Positions 11,149-19,999 of a DNA stretch of 64,000 bases are shown here, in pieces. Position numbers and translations under genes: made by a program. The number at the start of each line of letters is the position of its first letter. The stretch's first letter is position 1. Under the pieces are notes generated by a model. It was not told the origin of the DNA, did not search any database, and saw only the letters and a program-made list of their open reading frames with translations. This DNA is from an uncultured Spirochaetota bacterium (GTDB lineage: Bacteria > Spirochaetota > Spirochaetia > SZUA-6 > Fen-1364). Location: NCBI GenBank assembly GCA_963820525.1, contig CAWGAA010000003.1:192001-256000 (forward strand), read 5' to 3'.

Positions 11149-11994
11149 ATGGGGATCACGGCCGCGGAGAGGAAGGTGAGGCCCACGATCGTGGACGGAA
11201 TCTTCTATCCCGCGGAGCGAGGCAAGCTGCGCGACATAGTGGAGGAGCTCCTCGAAACCTCCCCCACTCCCCAGGGCAACTGCTTCGGAATTGTTTCGCC
11301 CCACGCGGGTTACTCATACGCGGGGCATGTGATGGCATCCGCCTTCCGCTCCATCCAGAAAAGAAGCGTGAAGAAGGCCGTGCTCATCGGTCCCGTTCAT
11401 CGGGATCCGCTGGAAGGTGTGTTCCTCCCCGAATCCGAGCTCTTCGCCACTCCGTTCGGCCCCTTGAGCGTCGACATGGACTCCGTGGAAAAGCTCCTCG
11501 CCTCGGCTCCCGTCTTCATGAAAAGCGACGTCCCGCACCTGGAGGAGCATTGCCTGGAAGTGCAGCTTCCCTTCATCGCCCGCCTGTTTCCCGACGCATC
11601 CATCGTGCCGCTGCTCATCGGCAAGCCGGGGCTGAATACGATCGAGGCGATCTGCAAGGGCCTTCGATTGACATCCGAATCCGCCGACGACTACAATGTT
11701 TACATCGTCTCCGCCAACATGGCCTCCTACATGAAGGGAACGGATACGATGAGGGAGTCCGAGACGATCATGAGTCTCATCGAGAGCGGCGACTGGCGGG
11801 GGATCGCGGCCGCTGCCGAGAAGGGCGGAATCAGCTCCTGCGGAGCGGCGGCAATTGCGGCACTGATCTCCCTCGCCGGAGAGAGCGCCCGGATCGAGCG
11901 GCTGGCCGTCGCCGATTCCCGCGGAGTGGACGGTGATCCGAAGCGCGCCGTGCACTACGCGGCTTTCAGTATCGCGAAGGAAAAAACCGGCTAG
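11149..11994 (+). CDS. amrB: AmmeMemoRadiSam system protein B (MEMO1 family)
   Basis: G.FYP, PHAGYSYAG, EHCLEVQLPF, SCG; adjacent to an AMMECR1 gene. Confidence 0.85.
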   Translation: MGITAAERKVRPTIVDGIFYPAERGKLRDIVEELLETSPTPQGNCFGIVSPHAGYSYAGHVMASAFRSIQKRSVKKAVLIGPVHRDPLEGVFLPESELFATPFGPLSVDMDSVEKLLASAPVFMKSDVPHLEEHCLEVQLPFIARLFPDASIVPLLIGKPGLNTIEAICKGLRLTSESADDYNVYIVSANMASYMKGTDTMRESETIMSLIESGDWRGIAAAAEKGGISSCGAAAIAALISLAGESARIERLAVADSRGVDGDPKRAVHYAAFSIAKEKTG

Positions 11995-11997
11995 CAC

Positions 11998-12693
11998 ATG
12001 GAGTTCCAGCTCACCCAGGAAGAAAAGCTCCTCCTGCTTCAATCGGCCCGGGATGCCATTGCGGCGCGCTTCACGAAGGGCGGCGGAGGCCCGCGGCGGC
12101 TTGCCGAGGGCAACGAGGCAAACGCCGCGCAGGATGCCGGCAGCCGCCCCAAGCCAGGGAAGGCGGAGGGCGCCGGAGGCCCGCGGCGGCTTGCCGAGGG
12201 CAACGAGGCAAACGCCGCGCAGGATGCCGGCAGCAGCCCCAAGCCCACCGGCGCGCTCGCCACCCCGTGCGGCGCCTTCGTCACGCTGCGCCAGGGTGGG
12301 GAGCTTCGCGGCTGCATCGGTTTCATCGCGGCCTCGCGGCCGCTCCTGGACACGGTCCGGGAAGTGGCCGTGGCGAGCGCATTCGAGGACCCCCGCTTTT
12401 CCCCGCTCCGCTGCGAGGAGCTGGAACGGACGAGCATCGAGATTTCGGTGCTCTCCCCTTTACGGCAGATCTCCGACGTGTCGGAGATACGGACCGGCGT
12501 GCATGGAATCCTGATCAGACGCGGGTTTCGCTCGGGGCTGCTCCTTCCCCAGGTGGCCACGGAGCAGGGCTGGGACCGGGACACGTTCCTGACCCATACC
12601 TGCTACAAGGCGGGGCTTCCCCCCGACGCATGGAAGAGCCCCGAAACGACGATAGAGATATTCAGCGCGCTGGTATTCCACGAAGATCTGTGA
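11998..12693 (+). CDS. amrA: AmmeMemoRadiSam system protein A (AMMECR1), with an in-frame repeat insertion
   Basis: GAFVTL...LRGCIG, AFEDPRF, GLLLPQVATE, TCYKAGL. Confidence 0.9.
   Translation: MEFQLTQEEKLLLLQSARDAIAARFTKGGGGPRRLAEGNEANAAQDAGSRPKPGKAEGAGGPRRLAEGNEANAAQDAGSSPKPTGALATPCGAFVTLRQGGELRGCIGFIAASRPLLDTVREVAVASAFEDPRFSPLRCEELERTSIEISVLSPLRQISDVSEIRTGVHGILIRRGFRSGLLLPQVATEQGWDRDTFLTHTCYKAGLPPDAWKSPETTIEIFSALVFHEDL
12077..12245 (+). repeat. In-frame tandem palindromic repeat, 90-nt period
   Basis: Units start at 12077 and 12167; encodes GPRRLAEGNEANAAQDAGS twice. Confidence 0.95.
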
Positions 12694-12709
12694 AGAAGGC
12701 CCCTAGAAC

Positions 12710-14119
12710 ATGATCATGGAAATCGTCGAGGGGGGCGAGAAGCGCCTCGCCTTTCCCGTGGGCCCGAGCGCGGCAAGCCGCACCCTTGCCAGGATAACCA
12801 CGCTGAGAAGCTCCCCCGGCTGGATCATAAAGGGAGAGGAGGCGCGGCAATGGCTTTTCGAAGGCTTCCTGGAGAGAGACGGAGTACTGTACCTCTACGG
12901 CCCCCACTCCTCATGCAGGAGCCTTTCGAGCGTCCTCGAGCCCGGCCTCGCTGAGGCGCTCCCCTCCATCTCCCTGCTCATCGGTTCGCTCCTCGTTCTC
13001 TCGAGAAACGGCCTGGGCTGGTTTCCGCTCGAGACCGATGGCGTGTATTTCATCGAAGGCGGCGGCGTTCTTTTTCTCCCTCCCGAAGTCTTGCGCGAGC
13101 TTCGGGGGCTTCGTCCCTTCGAGGCCAATCGGGATACTTTCGAGGTGATAAGCCATCCCGACCTGAAGGATGAGCAGCTTGCCTCTTTTTCAATCTCCGC
13201 GCTGCTCTATAGGGCCTCGACCGGCAGGTTTCCCTACGGAGGCTCAACTGCCGAAGAGATCCACGAGGAGGTTCGAAAGCGCGAGATCCTCCCTCCGGAT
13301 CGGATAGTGCCCGAGCTTTCACCCGACTTTTCAAAGTCCATCATGTCGTGCCTGAGCGGACAACACTCGCAGATCATCCGGCTCGATCGCTGGAAGGAGC
13401 TTGCAGATTCCTGGATCGCGAAGCCTCCCCTTCGCGAGCTTTCCCAGGAGGAGAAGGAGCAGATAGCGCGGGAAGCGGCGACCCAGGGCCGGGCGGCTAA
13501 TCGGCGCTACCGCCGAAGGGTGTTCTGGCAAAGGAACAGGATGACGGTTGCCATCGTCGCCGGAATCTGTCTGATTGCCGGTGCCGTGCTGGGAACCATC
13601 CTGAAAGGTGTGCTCGCTCCCCGGCCCACGCATGGCTTCTCCCCGCAAAAGGTCGTAGAGACCTTCTACAATTCGATGAACACCCTGGACCAGACCGTCA
13701 TCTCGGCATGCGTGATCGGAAAGGCCGGACGAACGGAGACCACCGAGGTGACCAACCTCTACGTCATCTCACGGATGAACCTCGGCTACACGGGAAAGTC
13801 GAGCATCATCAGCGCTTCCGATTGGGACGCAAAAGGCAGACCCAAGCCTGCTCCCGGCATTTCAGTCTACGGCGTGACCAACCTCACCGTTACCTGGGAG
13901 CAGGGCCCGCCGAATCCCGTGTTCCTCGCTCGCTATGAAAAGTGGCGCCCTGCGACGCCCCCGGATGATTCGAACCAGCCTCCCCAAACGCCCACCCCGT
14001 CCTTTGAGGGCAGCTCGGTCACGGACCGCCTGTCCCTGAAGCAGGACCGGGGGGACTGGGTCATCTTCGACATCGAAAGACTCAAGGAGGAGCCTATCGA
14101 TACGAGCCGGTGGAAATAG
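12710..14119 (+). CDS. Hypothetical single-pass membrane protein with a degenerate kinase-like N-terminal region
   Basis: 469-aa ORF with one TM (VAIVAGICLIAGAVLG). SISALLYRASTGRFPY resembles kinase subdomain IX. Confidence 0.65.
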   Translation: MIMEIVEGGEKRLAFPVGPSAASRTLARITTLRSSPGWIIKGEEARQWLFEGFLERDGVLYLYGPHSSCRSLSSVLEPGLAEALPSISLLIGSLLVLSRNGLGWFPLETDGVYFIEGGGVLFLPPEVLRELRGLRPFEANRDTFEVISHPDLKDEQLASFSISALLYRASTGRFPYGGSTAEEIHEEVRKREILPPDRIVPELSPDFSKSIMSCLSGQHSQIIRLDRWKELADSWIAKPPLRELSQEEKEQIAREAATQGRAANRRYRRRVFWQRNRMTVAIVAGICLIAGAVLGTILKGVLAPRPTHGFSPQKVVETFYNSMNTLDQTVISACVIGKAGRTETTEVTNLYVISRMNLGYTGKSSIISASDWDAKGRPKPAPGISVYGVTNLTVTWEQGPPNPVFLARYEKWRPATPPDDSNQPPQTPTPSFEGSSVTDRLSLKQDRGDWVIFDIERLKEEPIDTSRWK

Positions 14120-14231
14120 GGGTAGAGGGAAGCTACAAGTGATCAAGCCGGATAGCCGGGTAGCCTCAAGCGCCGGGACATGTTATACTTTTATTCACTG
14201 TAGATGATGCCCGCAATTCGGAACCGAAAGC

Positions 14232-15902
14232 GTGGAAAACTGTACGATGTCTGATCCACTAGCAATAGCAGAGCTTTACCGTCAATCTCTCAAGAAAAGC
14301 CAAGATCAGAATCGCCGAAGCACTCTCGGCCAGTTCTTAACCCCGACGGTGACTGCCCGCCTCATGGCCTCCATGAGCACACACTCGCGCAGTCACCTCC
14401 GTTTTTTGGACGCAGGCGCCGGGGCGGGAGCACTCACTGCCGCGTGGGTGGCCGAGATCTGCTCTCGAGCCCGTCGCCCAAAGGAGATTTCTCTCACCGC
14501 CGTCGAAGTCGACGAGAGGTTTCTTCCCGAGCTCAAGCGAACGCTAAAAGCATGCGAGCAATCGTGTACGGATGTCGGGATCCTCTGCCGTTGGGAAATC
14601 AAGCACGGAGATTTCATCGAGATAGCGGTACACGCACTCGATGCCGATCTTTTCAAAACCGAAGATACAAAGTTCGATGTAGCTATTCTTAATCCTCCAT
14701 ATAAAAAACTAAGAAGTGATTCGGCAGGCCGGAGTCTTCTTCACCGGCTCGGCATCGAAACAAGCAATTTCTACACGGCCTTCACCTCCCTCGCCGTACT
14801 CCTTTTAGAGAAAGGTGGAGAGCTGATCGCCATTACTCCCCGAAGCTTCTGCAATGGGCCCTATTTCCGGCCGTTCCGCCGTCACCTTTTAAAGCAAACA
14901 AATCTTACCCATTTCCACGTCTTCGAAACCCGGGATCAGGCTTTTCGCGACGACGAGGTCCTCCAGGAGAATGTCATCATCAGGGTAGTGAAAGGATTGC
15001 CCCAGCAATCTCACCTCCTAATCTCGCATTCCCGCACCCCCGATGACCCCCAGGTGATACGAAACACCGTTTTTTTCGAACAGGTCGTCAAGAAAGGCGA
15101 CCCACAGTATTTTTTCCATTTGGTTCCCGATGACAACGGTCACGCGGTTGCCCGGGCCATCGAGAGCCTGCCTTGCAAGCTGTCCGATCTGGGGCTCACC
15201 GTAAGCACGGGCCGTGTCGTCGACTTCCGCGCTAGGCAGTGGATCCGGATGGCACCCTCCGCAGATACCGTTCCCCTTATATACCCCGCTCACTTCGAAA
15301 ACGGCGCTGTGCGCTGGCCTAAGCCTCATATAAGAAAGCCGAACGCAATCTTTCTAAACGATGAGAGTGCCGTTCTTATGGTTCCCGCGGGCGCATACAC
15401 ACTCGTCAGGCGGTTCTCAGCGAAGGAAGAACGCCGGCGTGTGGTCGCCGCCGTCTTCGAATCAACAGGAATGTCTTTTCCTGTTGTCGGCTTTGAGAAT
15501 CATCTCAACTATTTCCATCGCGCCGGTAAACCCCTTGATCCTATACTCGCCAGAGGGCTTGCGGCATTTCTTAACTCCACACTCGTGGACAGCTACTTCC
15601 GCCAGTTCAATGGTCACACGCAGGTGAACGCCGAAGACCTCAGGGCCTTGCGCTACCCCGCTCAGAATGTTTTAATCGCCCTCGGGCGCCGCGTTGGGAA
15701 TACACTCCCCGAACAGGACGCTCTGGATTCAATTGTAGAGGAAAAGATCAGGCAGGATGAAAGTAAGCATTCGGCAACGTCGCATAGCCGAAGCCCGGAA
15801 CGTGCTGGCGGCTTTCGGACTACCCAAGGAACAGCAAAACGAGAGAGCCGCCCTCACTCTACTCGCCCTTCTCGATCTGCCGCCCCAAAAATCGTGGACT
15901 GA
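14232..15902 (+). CDS. Type II N6-adenine DNA methyltransferase (BsuBI/PstI, Eco57I-type domain)
   Basis: LGQFLTP, LDAGAGAG (motif I), NPPY (motif IV), PRSFCNGPYF, GHTQVNA. Confidence 0.9.
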   Translation: MENCTMSDPLAIAELYRQSLKKSQDQNRRSTLGQFLTPTVTARLMASMSTHSRSHLRFLDAGAGAGALTAAWVAEICSRARRPKEISLTAVEVDERFLPELKRTLKACEQSCTDVGILCRWEIKHGDFIEIAVHALDADLFKTEDTKFDVAILNPPYKKLRSDSAGRSLLHRLGIETSNFYTAFTSLAVLLLEKGGELIAITPRSFCNGPYFRPFRRHLLKQTNLTHFHVFETRDQAFRDDEVLQENVIIRVVKGLPQQSHLLISHSRTPDDPQVIRNTVFFEQVVKKGDPQYFFHLVPDDNGHAVARAIESLPCKLSDLGLTVSTGRVVDFRARQWIRMAPSADTVPLIYPAHFENGAVRWPKPHIRKPNAIFLNDESAVLMVPAGAYTLVRRFSAKEERRRVVAAVFESTGMSFPVVGFENHLNYFHRAGKPLDPILARGLAAFLNSTLVDSYFRQFNGHTQVNAEDLRALRYPAQNVLIALGRRVGNTLPEQDALDSIVEEKIRQDESKHSATSHSRSPERAGGFRTTQGTAKRESRPHSTRPSRSAAPKIVD

Positions 15903-16707
15903 AGCCACAGATCCCCTTCAAGGCGTTACCCCCATCATGGAGTTCGCCGCCAAGCACTACAAGAAAAACTGGGCGCCCAACACCCGGGAGACCGTCCGCA
16001 GGTTTACCCTTCATCAATTCGAACAGGCCGGTCTCGTAGTCGCCAACCCCGATGAGCCAGACCGCCCCACCAATAGCCCCCTCTATTGTTACCAGATCGG
16101 ACCCCGAGCGCTTTCGGTCATTCGAAAGTTCGACACGAAAGAATGGGAGATGTCGCTCCGCCACTACCTTGCCGACGCGCGTACTCTCACACAACGCTAT
16201 GCTCAGGTCCGCGATATGCGCCGCATTCCTCTAGTCCTTTTGCCAGGAAAGGCGATCAAGCTCTCGCCGGGCAAGCATAACGCTCTCATCGAGAAGATTG
16301 TGGCTGAGTTCTGCCCCCGCTTCACTCCGGGCGCACGACCCGTCTATGTCGGCGATACGGGAAAGAAATGGGCTTACTTCGATGCCGCCTACCTTGAAGG
16401 CCTGGGCGTTCATGTCGAAGAGCATGGCAAGATGCCCGATCTCTGTATCCATTTTGTTCAGAAGAACTGGGTTGTTCTCATAGAGGCGGTCACAAGCCAC
16501 GGGCCTGTCAACCCCAAACGACTGGCAGAGCTGAAGAGGTTATTCTCAGGCAGCAAAGCGGGACTGGTGTTCGTGACGGCGTTCCCGGACAGACGAACAC
16601 TAATGAAATATATACAAGAGATCGCATGGGAAACCGAAGTGTGGGTCGCGGAAGCTCCAGATCACATGGTCCATTTCAACGGTGAACGGTTCCTCGGGCC
16701 GTATTAG
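15757..16707 (+). CDS. BsuBI/PstI-family type II restriction endonuclease
   Basis: APNTRETVRR, HGKMPD, IEAVTSHGP, IAWETEVW, HFNGERFLGPY. Confidence 0.92.
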   Translation: MKVSIRQRRIAEARNVLAAFGLPKEQQNERAALTLLALLDLPPQKSWTEATDPLQGVTPIMEFAAKHYKKNWAPNTRETVRRFTLHQFEQAGLVVANPDEPDRPTNSPLYCYQIGPRALSVIRKFDTKEWEMSLRHYLADARTLTQRYAQVRDMRRIPLVLLPGKAIKLSPGKHNALIEKIVAEFCPRFTPGARPVYVGDTGKKWAYFDAAYLEGLGVHVEEHGKMPDLCIHFVQKNWVVLIEAVTSHGPVNPKRLAELKRLFSGSKAGLVFVTAFPDRRTLMKYIQEIAWETEVWVAEAPDHMVHFNGERFLGPY

Positions 16708-16754
16708 CAAAGAAAATACGCGGCTCTGTGCAAAGGTTTGATTACATCCCTTTC

Positions 16755-17050
16755 CGCCCGGCGGAAACGGTTCCGGGCTGAGCTTACCCGTGGGGGTCGC
16801 CCTGACGGGCTCCAGGGCGGGCCGCGCGGCGCCGGCTAATAGGCCCATTATCCGGACGCCGCGCTCTCCCTCAGCCCGGAACTTCGCCATTCGGTGCGGC
16901 ATTATTTTAGGACACGGCTCGGCCCTCCATGGCCTCGCCGCTTCCGGCCGTTCCCGCGGCGGCTCTCCGCCTACCGCTATCATCGGGCCATGTCTGCCGC
17001 CCCTTCAGGGTTGGCTGAGCACGCTGCAGCCCAACTTCCGCCGGGCCTGG
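16755..17050 (+). repeat. ~300-nt structured non-coding element, copy 1 (candidate ncRNA or MITE-like)
   Basis: 13-bp stem 16770-16782/16870-16882 enclosing two hairpins. The 33-nt block at 16911-16943 is identical to the reverse complement of 19781-19813. Confidence 0.6.
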
Positions 17051-17254
17051 TGGGCGCGTGCGCTGTACTGCTCAATCCGCACTGCAGGACTGGTCGCCGA
17101 ACCGTGAAAAAAGACGACAGCGGACGCTCGGCTGCTAACCGAATGCACTGCAAGCCCGGGCAGGAAGGTAACCGTCAAATAAACCCCACCTTGCGGCCGG
17201 CATAAAAAGCCGCGATCCTGAGCCCACTCAATTCAGGGAATCAGGAGGCCGTAG

Positions 17255-17596
17255 ATGGAGTCAAGACAGGAGAATCGAAAACAACCACGCAGAAACGCAG
17301 AGAAATGGAGCGAGCTCATCACCGCGTGGCGATCAAGCGGGAAGACGAGAAAGGCATGGTGCCAGGAACAAGGGATACCCTACGAATCCCTGAGGCGATG
17401 GGTGAAGCGATTGCGCGGCTCCGCCGACGGATTGTCATTTGTAGGAATCCGCGACACATCCCAAGCCCTGGATGCTGCGGAGCAGGCGCGCGTGAGAGTA
17501 AGCAGAGATGGAGATATTGAACTGTATGGAAACATCGGCGAGGAGCTTCTGCGCAGAGTGCTGCGCGTGATGCGGGAGACGGCTGATGTTCATTGA
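17255..17596 (+). CDS. tnpA: IS66 accessory protein TnpA
   Basis: W..SG.T...WC...GI....L..W HTH pattern; first ORF inside the IRs. Confidence 0.85.
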   Translation: MESRQENRKQPRRNAEKWSELITAWRSSGKTRKAWCQEQGIPYESLRRWVKRLRGSADGLSFVGIRDTSQALDAAEQARVRVSRDGDIELYGNIGEELLRRVLRVMRETADVH

Positions 17597-17934
17597 ATGG
17601 AGCAACGTCAAGATATTTGTTCGTCCGGGCGCGACGGATTTGAGAAAACAGATAAACGGACTGGCCATCCTGGTACAGACGGCGATGGGCAAAGATCCGC
17701 TTTCCGGACACCTCTACCTTTTCAGCAATCATGAGAAACGTCTCCTGAAGGTGCCTGTACTGGGATCGAAACGGGTTCTGCATGTGGCAGAAAAGGCTGG
17801 AGCGGGATCGCTTCCCCTGGCCAAGAACGGAAGAGGCAGCGCGGGAGATCAGCTTGGAGCAGCTTCGGATGCTGCTTTCGGGAATCGACTTCTGGAACGC
17901 GCACCAGAGCCTCGCGTATACCGCGGTCGTATAA
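17586..17934 (+). pseudogene. tnpB: IS66 TnpB with a +1 frameshift near 17754
   Basis: TDLRKQINGL...DPLSGHLYLF, then LYWDRNGFCMWQKRLERDRFPWP continues in the shifted frame to TAA at 17934. Confidence 0.85.
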
Positions 17935-17973
17935 AAACATCTAGATTTTAAGGCCCCATCATGGTATTCTCAT

Positions 17974-19620
17974 GTGGTGAACGAAAAACTGGGAGAACTA
18001 CCGAACAACGTCGAACAGCTGCACGAGCTGGTTCGACGGATTGTCAGGGAGCACGATGAAGAGCTCGCTCGACTGCAGGCCGAGTTGGAGAAGGAGCGCA
18101 GCGAACGAATCGAGCACCAAAACAAGGCCATAGAGCATTTCGAAGAGCTGCAGCTTCTGCGGCGCAAGCTCTTTGGCCGCAGCGCCGAGAAGCTATCCGA
18201 GGAGGAGCAAAAGCAGCTTCTTCTTTTCAACGAGGCGGAGGATATCGTATTCAGCCAACAACAGGAGCCTGCCGCCGAGGAGCGCATTGAGGTAAGGGCG
18301 CACACGCGGGTGAAGCGGGGCAGAAAGCCGCTGCCGCCTGAGCTTCCCCGTGTGGAGATGGTCCACGACATAAGTGAAGAAGACAAGAAATGTGCCTGCG
18401 GACAGGAGCTTACACGTATCGGAGAGGAAAGCCTCGAGAAACTTGAGGTCATCCCGCCCCAGATACGGGTACGGCGGCACCTGAGACCCCAGTACGCCTG
18501 CAAGGCCTGCGAAGGCTCCGGGGATGAGGACCGTCCCGCGGTGCGGATCGCCCCGGCGGTGAGGCAGCTTCTTCCCAAGAGCATCGCCTCACCGGCACTG
18601 GTGGCCTACATAATGACGGCGAAGTTCTGCGACGCCCTGCCGTTCTACCGCCAAGAGAAGCAGTTTCAGCGCATCGGAGTAGATATCAGCCGCCAGGACA
18701 TGGCCAACTGGAGCATCGCGGTATTCCATAGGCTTGCGCCGGTTATCGAGCTACTTCGAGCAGAGATTCGAAGAGGCCCGCATGTAGGAATCGACGAGAC
18801 GACCCTTCAGGTGATGGGGGAGCCGGATCGCCCCAATACTTCAAAGTCGTATATGTGGGTGTTCCTGGGAGGCAGTCCGAAAAGACCCGTGGTTGAGTTT
18901 CAGTATCATCCCACACGATCCGGTAAGGTTCCCCTTGAGGCTCTGCGGGGTTACAACGGCTTCATCCAGACTGATGGCTATGACGGATATAACGAAGTGG
19001 GAAGCCAACCCGGAGTCATTCACGCGACCTGTTGGGCGCACTCGCGTAGAAAGTTCTTCGAGGCCAAGGAGGCATCCAAGCAGGCGGGAAGTGTCGATGA
19101 GGCCCTGGCACGAATCGATGCTCTGTTCAGGATCGAGCGGACCTTAAGAGCTCAAGAGCTTTCACCGCAGGAGTTCGTCCGCCAACGGCGAGAGCAGGCC
19201 GAACCCGTGTTGGAAAAGCTCAAGGCGTGGCTTCACAAGCGTCAGGGGCAGGTTCCCCCGTCTCTGCTTCTGGGCAAAGCGATCGCCTACACCATCGAGC
19301 AGTGGCCCAAGATGATTCGGTACCTGGACAGTCCCGATTTGGGTCCGAGTAATAACGCGGTCGAGCAGGCGATACGGCCGTTTGTGGTGGGAAGAAAAAA
19401 TTGGATGCTATCTGGGAGCCCCGCGGGCGCCGAAGCCAGTGCGGGGTGGTACAGTATCATCGAGACGGCCAAACTGAACGGCGTGGAGCCCTACCTATAT
19501 CTTCGCTACATTCTCTCGCGGCTTCCTGAGAGCGACAACCCTGAGGATTATCGTGAGCTGCTTCCCTGGAATGTTCCACGCGAGTCTCTGCTGAACTTTG
19601 ATTCCGGTCATTTGTTCTGA
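17974..19620 (+). CDS. tnpC: IS66 DDE transposase TnpC
   Basis: LFGRSAEK, zinc finger, IDETT, QTDGY, CWAHSRRKF, NNAVEQAIRP, LLPWN. Confidence 0.97.
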   Translation: MVNEKLGELPNNVEQLHELVRRIVREHDEELARLQAELEKERSERIEHQNKAIEHFEELQLLRRKLFGRSAEKLSEEEQKQLLLFNEAEDIVFSQQQEPAAEERIEVRAHTRVKRGRKPLPPELPRVEMVHDISEEDKKCACGQELTRIGEESLEKLEVIPPQIRVRRHLRPQYACKACEGSGDEDRPAVRIAPAVRQLLPKSIASPALVAYIMTAKFCDALPFYRQEKQFQRIGVDISRQDMANWSIAVFHRLAPVIELLRAEIRRGPHVGIDETTLQVMGEPDRPNTSKSYMWVFLGGSPKRPVVEFQYHPTRSGKVPLEALRGYNGFIQTDGYDGYNEVGSQPGVIHATCWAHSRRKFFEAKEASKQAGSVDEALARIDALFRIERTLRAQELSPQEFVRQRREQAEPVLEKLKAWLHKRQGQVPPSLLLGKAIAYTIEQWPKMIRYLDSPDLGPSNNAVEQAIRPFVVGRKNWMLSGSPAGAEASAGWYSIIETAKLNGVEPYLYLRYILSRLPESDNPEDYRELLPWNVPRESLLNFDSGHLF

Positions 19621-19682
19621 ATAAAGCAGGAGCGCACCCCCTCGGCGTCCGAATTCAGGGGTGGGGTTTATTTGACGGTTAC

Positions 19683-19975
19683 GCAGGAAGTAGACAGAAC
19701 CACGTTCTGTCTACCCGCAGGGGCGGCCGTATGGCAAATGCTGCCAACCGAATCAAAGAACATCAGCGGACACGGCCATCAAGCGGCGAGGCCATGGAGG
19801 GCCGAGCCGTGTCACATATGAAATCCGCCCCGAAGGGCGAGCGAGGGCTTGAGTTCAGCGCGGACTTCCGATAACGGCCGGCGTTATCGGAAGTCGCGCG
19901 GTACTCCCAGGAGCCGCGCAAGCGGCTCCACCCAGGCAGAACTCAAGCCCGAAGCCGCTTCCTGCCCCGGACTTG
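19683..19975 (-). repeat. Structured non-coding element, copy 2 (inverted; its end continues past IS66 to about 17150)
   Basis: Stems 19845-19856/19939-19950, 19863-19876/19882-19895, 19910-19929 and 19690-19714; colinear with copy 1. Confidence 0.6.
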
Positions 19976-19999
19976 CTAATGGTTAGTGTCGGAGTCACC

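Larger units (their letters stand above)
17168..19682 (+). mobile_element. IS66-family insertion sequence
   Basis: Perfect 23-bp terminal IR GTAACCGTCAAATAAACCCCACC. 8-bp target duplication GCAGGAAG (17160-17167, 19683-19690). tnpA-tnpB-tnpC order. Confidence 0.97.

Noticed and set aside
16911..19813. 33-bp inverted repeats as ends of a composite transposon around IS66
   Set aside because: They are internal blocks of two longer homologous elements; IS66 has its own IRs and TSD.
19864..19894. dif/Xer site (ACTTCCGATAA arm)
   Set aside because: The spacer is 9 nt rather than 6, and the second arm is a mirror copy, not a XerD arm.
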